Assembly: GCA_027483245.1 (NCBI GenBank)
Contig: JAIXVB010000279.1
Coordinates: forward strand, 9,847-73,846
DNA from: Verrucomicrobiaceae bacterium
GTDB taxonomy: Bacteria; Verrucomicrobiota; Verrucomicrobiia; Verrucomicrobiales; Verrucomicrobiaceae
Reading direction: 5' to 3'
DNA: 64,000 nt
Every line of letters starts with the position of its first letter. Position 1 is the stretch's first letter. A program made the position numbers and the translations under genes. Below, piece by piece: positions 9,712 through 19,059 of this stretch. The notes under the pieces are model-generated. The model had not been told where the DNA came from and made no database searches. It saw only the letters and a list, made by a program, of their open reading frames with translations.

Positions 9712-11777
9712 ATTTCGATGATCAAATTCGCCTATTCAGCGAAAGTGTAGTCATTATTGATGACGGTTTTGCTCCTGTTAGCCTTGACCTGATCGACGGC
9801 GATGATTGGGCCGCGCTCAGAGACGCAGCCGCCGGCGAAGCAGAGAAATGGGCAAGGGTCCAAGATGCATATTTTCCGTCTTTGAAATCCGTGATGGATT
9901 TGAAACGCGACAATGCGAAGCTAGCTCGAGCGTGGGAGTTGTATGATGAGAAGCCAGCCGACTTTTCGATTCTCGATCCAATCTTCCAGAAGCTAGTCGC
10001 TAAAAGACATATCTCAATTCTGCCTTTGCGGCCAATCATTGAGTTATTTCGAGATGAACTCAAGCTAACGGTATGCTGTCATCCAGACATCCGCAGCGCT
10101 TCTGATGATATCAAGCGCTCGAAGTTGGTCTTCTTGGATTTCTATCTGTATCAGCAATCAACAGCCTCCACGGCCATTTCTGACATTGCAGATTTCAATG
10201 GGCTTTTGTCCGATAAGATTTTAGAGAACAGTGTTCCTCGTGATCGCTTCGTATTCTTGATTTCGACTCAGCTTCCGTCTGGGTCAGATATCGAAAACTT
10301 CAGAAAGGCGGCAAAAGTAAAAGCAGCTTTTTTTAAATCCGTATCGAAGAATGTCCTCACCAAGGCCTGGCTGACTATTGAGCTTGAGAAGAGATTACAG
10401 CGGTATCAAGATCTCCACCGCTTTTCGTCTTATTTAGACGTATTCTCAAAACAAATGGAAAATGTCACTAAAGGCTTGCGAGCCGATTTGGAGGCCCTTG
10501 AACTTCATGACCTTTCTATTCTTCATCACATGCGATTGAAGGCCGATTCCGAGAATCTAGGATCGTATATGAGCTGGATCATGTCTGAATCGCTTGCGGC
10601 GCGCATTCGCGCGTCAGCTCCGATGCTCATTGCATCTCAGGAAGTTAGCATTGTCAACCTTCCTCCACTTCATGGGATGCTGTCTCCAAACCACGTCTTG
10701 TTTGAATTGTTTTCCGAGATCTCCTTCAGTGTTCCGAATCACGATCCTAATGTCATCAAAATCGGGTTCGGTGATGTATTTGTGCCTGCAACGAGACGAG
10801 AGTTTTTCAAGCGATCATCAACAGATGAGGCAACGAAAACCGAGCAACTGAAAACCACTGCGTCAGGCAACTCCACGGCAGTAAAAGCTGCAAACGAAGA
10901 TGAATCGGCGGCGGCAGTGCATTCGCTCAATAAGGCAACATCTGGTCCTCAGGCAGGTCAGGAGCTCCTTTTAGTTATTGCCCCCGCCTGTGACTTGCAA
11001 CGTTTGCCAGACGATTATGAAGTCCTTTGCGTTAGAGGCAACATCACCATTAGGACACCAAAGCTTGTCGATCTGCTTGAGCAGAAAATCTCCTTGGGAA
11101 AAGATAAAGATTCGGGCAGATATAAAAATCTTCTGCGAATTAAGGAAGGCCTTGATACAGATTTTCTGCTGTTGGAGTGGCATCCGGAAAAGATTACTAC
11201 ATTGCAAGGAATCCACTTGCAGGGGAGTTCACATTCAAGGCTTGCGCGCCTGAATGAACTATTTTGTCAGGAAGTGAAAGAGGAAGCGCTAAGACAAGTC
11301 GGTCGCATTGGAGTGCCAGTCGATCCAGCCTTCAGCATTGGACTTGGCTGCACTATCGCTTACACTGTAAGAAAGAAGGGCGTCATCCACATTGAGGTGC
11401 CTGATGAGCACATTGTATCAGGAGTGTTTACGACAGGTAATTCTAGCAATCCTCAAACAATAATCCTTTCCGACGATTTTATTGAGGCACTTGATAAAGA
11501 GATCGCTAAAGTCGATACGGCCGCCAAGTATGACAAAGACTTGGAGGAGGTAAGTGTAAAATTTGCTTCGGCCAGGGCGGAACTTGCCATAATGGCGGGC
11601 CAAGGGCTAGCTCTTGCCAAGAATGAACGCAAGCTTGCTAAGGAGAAGTTTACTGTTCGCTATGTTCATGAGTTTGTACGAGATTCTCTAGATAGTGGGT
11701 TTTGTGGGATATGCTTCTATCCACGCGGCATGGTCAGGGATAAGCCCGATAACGCTCACATAAATGTAGCCGCCTAA
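9708..11777 (+). CDS. Receiver-domain protein with a large uncharacterised C-terminal region
   Basis: VVIIDDGF (acidic pair), VFLDFYL (phosphoacceptor Asp), FLIST, FFKSVSK; LVIAPACDLQR motif downstream; ATGA overlap with the kinase gene. Confidence 0.72.
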   Translation: MNFDDQIRLFSESVVIIDDGFAPVSLDLIDGDDWAALRDAAAGEAEKWARVQDAYFPSLKSVMDLKRDNAKLARAWELYDEKPADFSILDPIFQKLVAKRHISILPLRPIIELFRDELKLTVCCHPDIRSASDDIKRSKLVFLDFYLYQQSTASTAISDIADFNGLLSDKILENSVPRDRFVFLISTQLPSGSDIENFRKAAKVKAAFFKSVSKNVLTKAWLTIELEKRLQRYQDLHRFSSYLDVFSKQMENVTKGLRADLEALELHDLSILHHMRLKADSENLGSYMSWIMSESLAARIRASAPMLIASQEVSIVNLPPLHGMLSPNHVLFELFSEISFSVPNHDPNVIKIGFGDVFVPATRREFFKRSSTDEATKTEQLKTTASGNSTAVKAANEDESAAAVHSLNKATSGPQAGQELLLVIAPACDLQRLPDDYEVLCVRGNITIRTPKLVDLLEQKISLGKDKDSGRYKNLLRIKEGLDTDFLLLEWHPEKITTLQGIHLQGSSHSRLARLNELFCQEVKEEALRQVGRIGVPVDPAFSIGLGCTIAYTVRKKGVIHIEVPDEHIVSGVFTTGNSSNPQTIILSDDFIEALDKEIAKVDTAAKYDKDLEEVSVKFASARAELAIMAGQGLALAKNERKLAKEKFTVRYVHEFVRDSLDSGFCGICFYPRGMVRDKPDNAHINVAA

Positions 11778-11820
11778 ATACCCAAGCATAGTTTGCGTCA
11801 CGCCAAGCACGAAAAGGAAT

Positions 11821-14800
11821 TCATCCTCGTTTAGGCTTCCGCACGGCTCCCGCCAGAATCCTTGCAGCCTCTGCCTCACGCTCCTTCATATCCTCTGCGG
11901 AAATCGAGACGACCGTTGTTTTGATCTTCCATCCCTTGTGCATCGCCGATTTTTCGGAGGGTTTGATGCTTTCCACTGGAAGTTGAGGGACAAGAATAAA
12001 TTCCTGTAACCGGGCGACAAAGACCTCTGGAATGAAAAACCCCAAGAGTTTCGCACTTTGTACAGCATACGTGTGCATTGCTGTTGCCTCTAGCTTCTTG
12101 AGCTTGGCTGCATCTGATCCCACGACGGCGACCATGGAAACCCCGGCTCGCAGGCACTTGCCGATGTTCTTCAATTCATAGCCGAGCGTGTTGGTGACTG
12201 TTACTTCGACCGCAAGAGAAATTCCATCCTTTTCCAAAAGGAGGTCCGTGCTTTCGAGTGTGCCGGGAAGCTGCTTTTCGATGGTCGCGCGGAAACCGAG
12301 CGATTCGGCGGTGAGCTTCAATTCCCGTTGGATTTCCGTGTGCAGCTCTCCGCCGATGCCAAGGTTTCGCGGAACTGATGCCTTTTCCCGTTTCGTTGGA
12401 ACCTCCTGGGATTCTGGCGGCATCTCCGCAAATACTGATTGGGGTTCTCTGGATTTCTCGACGGACGATGGCGGAGGCCCTTGAGGAGGGGATTCCGAGG
12501 CAACGAGCGGGGAAGGTCGACTGGTCACAGGCGGGCGGGATTTCTCCACGGCGGCTGCCGCTTCCACCCTTTCGGCTGATATCTCAGCTTTGGGCCGCCC
12601 ATACTGCCTGCGCGAGCTCTCGATCATTGCCAGGCGCCTTTCTTCCAGATGTCCTTCATCGTCAGGTGCGGAGGCAGACACGCTGAGATTGAAGTCCGCG
12701 TCGCTCCGCCCGATCCTGCAGATGGCTTCGCCAACTGAGAGGCTCATGAGCGCCTTGGAATCAAAATTCGCGAAGCCCGCCACCAGTGATTGCGCATCCT
12801 CGTCGCCCGGACGGAAAACGATGCGCGTGCAGGTGTTGGTTAGCACCGAGCTGGCCAACTCCGGATGTTGCCTCAATTGAGCCATGCTTTGCTGGGCGAG
12901 CGTCATCCCCATCCGATATTTTCGCACACCCGAAAGAAGCTCAGCCATGGAAGGTGTCGCAAAGTTCTGGAACTCGTCAATATAGAGCCAAAACGGCTTC
13001 CGATCCTTCTCCGCGAGCGACTGGCGACTCATGGCCGCCTGCTGGAACTTCGCCACGAGGAGGCTGCCGAGGAGATAAGAATTCTCGCGGCCCATCCGCC
13101 CTTGGGGTAGGCAGGCCAGTAGTATCTTTCCGCCGTTCATGATCTCGGCAAAGTCGAGATTGTTCGACTTTTCTGAGACCATGTGTCGGATGGATTTGGG
13201 CGAGAGAAACGATTCCAGCCGGGTCAAGATAGGGCCTATCGATTTATTGCCGCCAAGCTGGGGGAACGCCTTCTCCCAATAGAAGACGGCCTCTGGGTCT
13301 TCCACCGTCTTCAGGAAGTCTGACCGGAAATCCTTGTCGAGCAGAAAGCGTCGAAGGTCGGCGAGGGTGCCGCCAGTGCTGCTTTCAAGGAAGGCAAGGA
13401 TGGCGTTCTGAAAGACGCTGTTCATCTGGTCACCCCAGCTGGTCGAGAGCCGTGCGAAGATCGAAACCAAGTCCGAGGCAAGTAAGGTCTTTTCAAGATC
13501 GCTGTGGGCTGACAGGATGTTGAACCCGATGACATACTCCTCATCTGAAGGGTCAAGCAATATCACATCATTGATCCGGTGGTCGGGAATGACCCCGAGA
13601 ATTTTCTCGATCAGGTCTCCATGGGGGTCTAGCACGCCCACTCCCGCGCCTGCTTCGATGTCCTGCCGGATCAGATTAAAAAGCAGGGTAGATTTACCGG
13701 TGCCTGAGGCACCGATGACATGGGTGTGGCGGAAACGGTTCTCGTCGCTGAGGAAGACGTGATTGGAAAGGCCGCCATGCTCATTGCGGCCAAGCTGAAG
13801 AGAGGAGGGCTGTCTGGCGGATTCTGGAGCGGCCCGAGTCATGCCGCTGTCCGACCTCAGGAGCGCAGCCGTGAGAGGATCTTCGGGGAAGCGCACCAGC
13901 CAGGACATCTCATCACGGTTGAGGAGCATTCCGGTCCGCCTAGACTGGCGGAGGATCAGGTCGCGCTCGTGATCCTTCCCCTCATAGCTATCATTAGAGA
14001 GTGGAATCAGGCGGTTACCCGTATTGCCCGTATCCGCAACGAATCCCGATAGCATCTCCGCGAGGATCTTCCAGGCGCGCTCGGAGTCATCGGCTGAAGA
14101 CGCGAACCGCACTACCGTCGCATGAAGCGGCCTTGAGAACTTTGCCTTCGCCCCGGCTAGAAGCTCTGGCCGGTTCACGAAGAAGGGGCCTCCTTCACCG
14201 TCAGATACCGCCTGGAGCGCCTCGCCGCCCCAGGCATGGCGCACGGGCTCGAAAATGACCTGCAGGATGCCAAGCTCCGACTCATCAAGCGAAGCCAGGA
14301 CGGAAAGCAGCGGGAAATAAGGGTCAGAGCGTGGCAGCCTCAGAGGCAGCATGAATTCTCGCTCAAGGCCGCATTCGCAGATCGCGAACGAGCTGCCTCT
14401 CTGCTGCCAGGCATCCGTCAGCGCGTCATCGGTCGCAGTCACCACCATGCCGGGAAAAAGCAGGGTTAGCTGCCGTTCGACGAGCGGAGCATCATCAATG
14501 CTTGCAGCAATCTGGAGCAGCGCTTCGCCTCCCATCCCCAGAATCTCGAAGCTCACGGGCTCGCCGCAAAGATAGATAGAACTCAGGAACTGCTCCATGT
14601 GCGCTGCCAATCCTTTGCGCTCGCGGGGAAGCGATATCTGGAATTCTACTATAGCCTGCCGTTCCCACGGGAAAAATTGCGGGGCCTCGTCTACCTCTGG
14701 ATCAGCAGGTTCTTCAGAGTCGGATATTGCCCGTCCGAGCCGCTCCATAAAGCCGCTGAAAAAGGTATGCCGTCGGCCATCATCCTTGACCTTTGGCTGA

Positions 14801-14931
14801 GGAAGGTGATATCCGGGGAAAGATCGGAACGGAGGCTCGATGGACACCGGTTCCGGGCACACATGTCCGCCGCGTCCGGGAAGCTCGAAGCGATAGAATT
14901 GCCCGGTAAGCTCCTGTTCCAGGGTGGTCAT
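11821..14931 (-). CDS. VirD4/TraD-like coupling ATPase with Pro-rich linker and C-terminal PD-(D/E)XK-like domain
   Basis: RHTHVIGASGTGKST (Walker A), LYIDEFQNF (Walker B), RKYRMGMTLAQQ; tail HTEIQREL..GF..IEK..TDLLLEKDGISLAVEV. Confidence 0.8.
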   Translation of the reverse strand: MTTLEQELTGQFYRFELPGRGGHVCPEPVSIEPPFRSFPGYHLPQPKVKDDGRRHTFFSGFMERLGRAISDSEEPADPEVDEAPQFFPWERQAIVEFQISLPRERKGLAAHMEQFLSSIYLCGEPVSFEILGMGGEALLQIAASIDDAPLVERQLTLLFPGMVVTATDDALTDAWQQRGSSFAICECGLEREFMLPLRLPRSDPYFPLLSVLASLDESELGILQVIFEPVRHAWGGEALQAVSDGEGGPFFVNRPELLAGAKAKFSRPLHATVVRFASSADDSERAWKILAEMLSGFVADTGNTGNRLIPLSNDSYEGKDHERDLILRQSRRTGMLLNRDEMSWLVRFPEDPLTAALLRSDSGMTRAAPESARQPSSLQLGRNEHGGLSNHVFLSDENRFRHTHVIGASGTGKSTLLFNLIRQDIEAGAGVGVLDPHGDLIEKILGVIPDHRINDVILLDPSDEEYVIGFNILSAHSDLEKTLLASDLVSIFARLSTSWGDQMNSVFQNAILAFLESSTGGTLADLRRFLLDKDFRSDFLKTVEDPEAVFYWEKAFPQLGGNKSIGPILTRLESFLSPKSIRHMVSEKSNNLDFAEIMNGGKILLACLPQGRMGRENSYLLGSLLVAKFQQAAMSRQSLAEKDRKPFWLYIDEFQNFATPSMAELLSGVRKYRMGMTLAQQSMAQLRQHPELASSVLTNTCTRIVFRPGDEDAQSLVAGFANFDSKALMSLSVGEAICRIGRSDADFNLSVSASAPDDEGHLEERRLAMIESSRRQYGRPKAEISAERVEAAAAVEKSRPPVTSRPSPLVASESPPQGPPPSSVEKSREPQSVFAEMPPESQEVPTKREKASVPRNLGIGGELHTEIQRELKLTAESLGFRATIEKQLPGTLESTDLLLEKDGISLAVEVTVTNTLGYELKNIGKCLRAGVSMVAVVGSDAAKLKKLEATAMHTYAVQSAKLLGFFIPEVFVARLQEFILVPQLPVESIKPSEKSAMHKGWKIKTTVVSISAEDMKEREAEAARILAGAVRKPKRG

Positions 14932-14934
14932 GGC

Positions 14935-15639
14935 TCATCGTTCCAATCGGCGGAGTAGGGAAGCCAGCGCCGGATGGGCCTCCGGCCACGCTTCCTTGAA
15001 CTCTACCTGCTTGATGCCGCCCGCCGCCATCATCTCCTCGACGGCGCGCTTCACAAGGGCTTCCGTCTGATCCAGGAACATGACACGTGTGTCATAGCGG
15101 TAGTAGGTTTCCTTCCGGACCAGTTCATAGAGCGTGCCGAAAATCGGGATGCGAAGAAAGAACGCGTCCAGGTCATGGAGGCCCAGCGTCAGCGCATTCC
15201 TCATCAACATGAACCCACCGATCAGGCTGAAAAGGATGATAGCGCTACCCGCGATGACGCCGAAGAGCTGGACGTAGCCGAAAACGACGGCTGCGATGGC
15301 GGCAAGAATGACCAGCAATTCCCAAACCATGAGAGAGACGGGGATCTGAGCCTGCCTAGCTGAGAAGAACCAAGCCTCGCCAAAGGCAGCGGAGCAAACA
15401 TCGAAGACCAGCCTTTCGCGGCGGATGCGGAGATACTGGCGGCGAGGCGAGAGCGTCCCGCCTTCGCTGAATTCCTCGCGCGTGACCTCGATGCCAGGAA
15501 ACTGCCTTTCCTGAAGCCAGTCTTCGATCCGGCTGTAGAACTCGTCCGTGCTGAACGAGCCGCGCTCGATGGGGGTGTACCAGTATTTGATCACCTCCGG
15601 CCTTTTGCGCCTCCAGATGCCGAATGTCGGTAGGTCCAT
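14935..15639 (-). CDS. Hypothetical membrane protein
   Basis: 234-aa ORF with two central hydrophobic helices; 3 nt upstream of the ATPase start. Confidence 0.7.
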   Translation of the reverse strand: MDLPTFGIWRRKRPEVIKYWYTPIERGSFSTDEFYSRIEDWLQERQFPGIEVTREEFSEGGTLSPRRQYLRIRRERLVFDVCSAAFGEAWFFSARQAQIPVSLMVWELLVILAAIAAVVFGYVQLFGVIAGSAIILFSLIGGFMLMRNALTLGLHDLDAFFLRIPIFGTLYELVRKETYYRYDTRVMFLDQTEALVKRAVEEMMAAGGIKQVEFKEAWPEAHPALASLLRRLER

Positions 15640-15648
15640 AGGATCAGT

Positions 15649-15915
15649 TCATGAGGGTTTGGATGCGTCGCGGATGACCTTCCAGAGTTCGATACCCAGC
15701 CCGTCTGCCATCCTGATAAGAGTCACCAGCGTCGGACCTCGCATCCCACGTTCTACGTAGCTGACCATTTGCTGTGACAATCCGACAGAGTCGGCTAAGT
15801 CGGTCATCGTCATGCCTTGGCGCAGGCGCTCTTCCTTCAGCAGGCGAGCCACCTCGGAGCATATTGCAGTTTCATTGCGGTCCGACGGCACTCTTATTGA
15901 ATAGCGGATTCGCAC
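15649..15915 (-). CDS. XRE-family HTH transcriptional regulator
   Basis: RLLKEERLRQGMTMTDLADSVGLSQQMVSYVERGMRGPTLVTLIRMADGLG. Confidence 0.88.
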   Translation of the reverse strand: MRIRYSIRVPSDRNETAICSEVARLLKEERLRQGMTMTDLADSVGLSQQMVSYVERGMRGPTLVTLIRMADGLGIELWKVIRDASKPS

Positions 15916-15948
15916 TTGACGAAAACCTAACTATAGTGAGATTGGAAC

Positions 15949-16194
15949 ATGGAATTCCTTCGTCGCCTCGGTCCTGATCCGCACGAAAACGGGAAACAAA
16001 CTCCCGCGCTGGATGGTTGCCCTGATCTGTGGGAGATGGCCGACGGCGACATCGCTGTCATCGGCATCGACATCACAGACGAATTCCGCGGACACCTTCC
16101 TGCCACGGCTGGCTGTGGCCCAGATGAGCGCATCGTGAGGCTACCTCGTGATATCGTGCTGGCTGCAAAGAAGGACATCATCTCGCTAAGCTAG
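15949..16194 (+). CDS. Small hypothetical protein
   Basis: 81 aa, GCPDLWEMADGDIAVIG...CGPDERIVRLP; divergent from the XRE gene. Confidence 0.65.
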   Translation: MEFLRRLGPDPHENGKQTPALDGCPDLWEMADGDIAVIGIDITDEFRGHLPATAGCGPDERIVRLPRDIVLAAKKDIISLS

Positions 16195-16275
16195 GCGCTC
16201 GCAGGTTGACGTTTTAGTCTTTGAATTGCAGTCACATGGGATCTCTTCTGTTGTAGCCGGAATAGATGCGTATTG

Positions 16276-16310
16276 AAAAAACCCCGACCAGACTGAGCTG
16301 ATCGGGGCTG
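16276..16310 (-). terminator. Intrinsic terminator after radC
   Basis: Minus strand CCCCGATCAG-CTCAGT-CTGGTCGGGG followed by T6, 14 nt after the stop at 16325. Confidence 0.7.
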
Positions 16311-16324
16311 TTTGATGCGGGAGT

Positions 16325-17245
16325 TCAGACGATACCGCTCTCCTTGAAGGAGAAGTAGCGCTGATGACCCACGATGATGTGGTCGCACAGGTCGATGCGG
16401 AGAAGTTCTCCTGCTTCGCGAACACGTCGGGTGAGGGACGCATCAGCGGTGCTGGGAGAAGAATCTCCGCTCGGGTGGTTGTGCATGAGAACGATGGCAT
16501 GGGCTGCCGCCATGATGGCGATGCGGAAGACTTCGCGGGGATGCGCCATAGCCTCGTTGAGCGAACCGACGGACACCAAGTAATGCCCTCTGATCCGCAG
16601 CCGGGTCGTGAGCACAAGAACCGCGACGCATTCCACGTCCGCATTGTAGTGCGGGGCAGTGGCGATGTGCCGGTTCCAGTATTCCACGGCCTTTGCCGGA
16701 CGATCCATCAGCATCAGGGATTCCGGGGAGGGGCACTCCCGCAGGCTGATGACCTTCCATTCCTGGGGCTCGGACTTTAGTCGTTGCCGCAAAGGCCGAT
16801 TGGACGGATTTGACATGAACAATTCCAATTGTTCCATTTTACCTTCCTCTGCCGTCCGCCTGCTACTGTAGGCTGCTTCAGGGGTGAAACTCTCGCGTTC
16901 GAAGCTGGACGGCTCCATGCATTGAAGCGAATCGCGAGAGGTTGGCCTTTTGGCCGGTTCGGGCTCTTCGGGCAAGAGCACCGTGGTTTCCGAACGATCT
17001 GCCTCCGTAACGATCAGGAATCTCCTGCCAGACTTGGTAATGTAGGAGGAAGAAATCCGGGAGCCGTTATCAAGGGCGCGGTCGTTCGCCTTGCGTTGCT
17101 TCTTTCGAAGATCGCCCCAGTCGCCTTTTACATGACGCGCGAGGCCTGCGGCGATTTCGAACTTGGTGAGGGCCACGAGGGCGCTCGCCGTGGCGGCGAT
17201 CCTTCCGAGGGGGAAGACCGCCACCGGAGGGTGCAGCGGATACAC
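16325..17245 (-). CDS. radC: RadC/JAB-domain protein (JAB part 16325-16837), in frame with an upstream copy of a small plasmid-type domain
   Basis: GSLNEAMAHPREVF, LMHNHPSGDSSPSTAD, LCDHIIVG. ATG 16837 has a GAGGAAGG RBS-like site; the frame stays open up to GTG 17245 (RHVKGDWGDL...TTVLLPEE). Confidence 0.82.
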   Translation of the reverse strand: MYPLHPPVAVFPLGRIAATASALVALTKFEIAAGLARHVKGDWGDLRKKQRKANDRALDNGSRISSSYITKSGRRFLIVTEADRSETTVLLPEEPEPAKRPTSRDSLQCMEPSSFERESFTPEAAYSSRRTAEEGKMEQLELFMSNPSNRPLRQRLKSEPQEWKVISLRECPSPESLMLMDRPAKAVEYWNRHIATAPHYNADVECVAVLVLTTRLRIRGHYLVSVGSLNEAMAHPREVFRIAIMAAAHAIVLMHNHPSGDSSPSTADASLTRRVREAGELLRIDLCDHIIVGHQRYFSFKESGIV

Positions 17246-17267
17246 TTCGTTTCGAACGGGTAGCTGA

Positions 17268-17546
17268 TCAGTATTCAGAAGGGAGAAGCACCGTTGAGAC
17301 GGAGCGGTCCCACTCGGTGATGATCCAGAAGCGCGTGCCCCCTTCTCCGGTGTAAGCGGAAAGAAGGCGGGAGCCGTTTTGCAACGCCTCCTCGTTGGCT
17401 TCGAGATCCTCCTTCGGAAGCTCGCCCCAATCACCACCGAGATGGCGAAGTAGCGCAGCCTGGATGTCTAACGAGGTCAGGACCTCCATAGCGCCGGGCG
17501 TTGCGCAAAGCTGGCCCAGCTGGAAACGAGGAAATGATTCTGTCAT
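17268..17546 (-). CDS. Small plasmid/ICE-associated conserved protein
   Basis: FQLGQLCATPGA...RHLGGDWGEL...GSRLLSAY...FWIITEWDRSVSTVLLPSEY, a motif pattern typical of this plasmid-borne family. Confidence 0.75.
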   Translation of the reverse strand: MTESFPRFQLGQLCATPGAMEVLTSLDIQAALLRHLGGDWGELPKEDLEANEEALQNGSRLLSAYTGEGGTRFWIITEWDRSVSTVLLPSEY

Positions 17547-17872
17547 AGGCCGTGATCGCTGAAGGTTGCCGCGATGGCATCCACATCGTCTCCGAGAAGC
17601 TCCTCTATGCCGCTTTTGGCCGACACGAGGTCGGGCCGAGGAACGGCATCCTTGGGACAGCCGGGACGGCGGATGACATGCATCAAGGTTATGCCAAATT
17701 CATAGCCGGTGGCTTTGAGCATGGCCCAGTAGGGACCGGCGAGACGCTCCCCGACAGGGAGCCTCCGCCAGGCAATCGCCTCGGTGTACGAAGCGACCGT
17801 TTCATAGATGGAGTCGTGGAAGAGATGATCCGTGTCCCACGGCTCCCGGCAGGTGGAGCAGAGAACGTCCAT
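17543..17872 (-). CDS. Hypothetical protein with N-terminal CxxC
   Basis: MDVLCSTCREPWD; overlaps the next gene by 4 nt (ATGA). Confidence 0.65.
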   Translation of the reverse strand: MDVLCSTCREPWDTDHLFHDSIYETVASYTEAIAWRRLPVGERLAGPYWAMLKATGYEFGITLMHVIRRPGCPKDAVPRPDLVSAKSGIEELLGDDVDAIAATFSDHGL

Positions 17873-17884
17873 GGGAAGAAGCTG

Positions 17885-18928
17885 TCAGAATGGTTTGAGG
17901 AGGGCTTCTACCTGGGTGCGTTCCAGCAGCTCCGGCTGCGGATGGTATCCGCCGATGTCGATGATGCGGACGATGGAGGAACGGCACAGGCGCGATGCTG
18001 CCTCCGAAGCCCCTCTGCGCCCCGCCTCATCCGCATCGAAAAGCAGATGAACAGGCCGTCCGGCTCCGGCTGCTTCGCGGATCAGAAGTTCTTGCCGCGA
18101 AGACAAGGAAGAGCCGAGAATGGCGACGGTTGCCGGGAACCCGAGCTGGACGAGATGAAGGCAGTCGAAGACGCCCTCGACGACAAGCAGGGGAGCGGAT
18201 GCATCCGCATTGACCGCACGGTCGATGTTGAAGACTTCGAGGCTTTTTCGGAATCCCTTGGGCAGTTTGTATTTGCCCTGGCCCGAAGGCGGCTCGCCAG
18301 GCCAACGACCGATGTAGCCTGTGACGGCTCCAGCGCGGTTGCGGATGGGGATAGCGACATGTCCGCGAAGGCAGCCGCGGGCGCAATATCCGATGCCATA
18401 GCTCGCGATGGTGGCCTCGGTGAGGCCTCGCTCGTTAAGATAAGGGTGATCGGGCTTGAGTGCCTTCAGAGCGAATGAAAGAGGCGGGTTTTCGCCCTCC
18501 TCATCTGGGTCATCGGCGACTGTCGGCGGCGGTTGAAGTGGCTGAGAAGACGGGCGGGGGGAAGCATCCGTCGTCTGCCTGAGTGCTGTTCCAACAGGAC
18601 GATTCGTGACCTTGTCAGGCATGAACCACTCCTGGAGAAGCAGCGCAGCGTCCCGGAAAGAGATGCCTTCCCGGAGCGAAACGAAGTCGATGACGTTGCC
18701 GCCTCGACCACAGGTGCCGAAGCAGTTGAAGCAATTGCGGGACACAGACACACGAAACTGAGTTGGATTGGTGCCCTTGTGCAGGGGACAAGGGCCCGAA
18801 AGACGATCTGCTGCGCGCTTGAGAGAGCCCAGCAGATCGTAGCGTTCGAGAACCTGGAGGATGCCAACCCGCGATTTCACCTCCTTGAAATCGACGAAGG
18901 CGCTATGGGGAGCGGTGGAAGTGCTCAT
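17885..18928 (-). CDS. DnaG-like primase (CHC2 zinc finger plus Toprim)
   Basis: GPCPLH...FNCFGTC (zinc finger), VVEGVFD and LFDADEAG (Toprim); start placed at ATG 18928. Confidence 0.85.
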   Translation of the reverse strand: MSTSTAPHSAFVDFKEVKSRVGILQVLERYDLLGSLKRAADRLSGPCPLHKGTNPTQFRVSVSRNCFNCFGTCGRGGNVIDFVSLREGISFRDAALLLQEWFMPDKVTNRPVGTALRQTTDASPRPSSQPLQPPPTVADDPDEEGENPPLSFALKALKPDHPYLNERGLTEATIASYGIGYCARGCLRGHVAIPIRNRAGAVTGYIGRWPGEPPSGQGKYKLPKGFRKSLEVFNIDRAVNADASAPLLVVEGVFDCLHLVQLGFPATVAILGSSLSSRQELLIREAAGAGRPVHLLFDADEAGRRGASEAASRLCRSSIVRIIDIGGYHPQPELLERTQVEALLKPF

Positions 18929-19050
18929 GATAAAGAACTGGGTTTGATGGAATGGCTTGGGGTTGAAGACAAAAAAGCCACTCAGCAAAGGCTGGTGTGG
19001 CTTCCTTGAGGCCAATTGTATCACGACCTTTCCGACGATGACCGGACCCC

Positions 19051-19059
19051 TGTGGATAA
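19051..19059 (-). promoter_or_regulatory. DnaA box
   Basis: Perfect TTATCCACA on the minus strand, upstream of the primase. Confidence 0.4.

Noticed and set aside
15916-15937. TTGACG...TATAGT promoter between XRE and the small gene
   Set aside because: The spacer is only 10 nt.
17552-18478. Long antisense or alternate-frame ORFs (also 14974-15363, 16364-16780, 31437-32111, 34674-35759, 37112-37780, 39032-39922, 44360-44896)
   Set aside because: They overlap well-supported genes or structured DNA in GC-rich sequence and carry no recognisable motifs.
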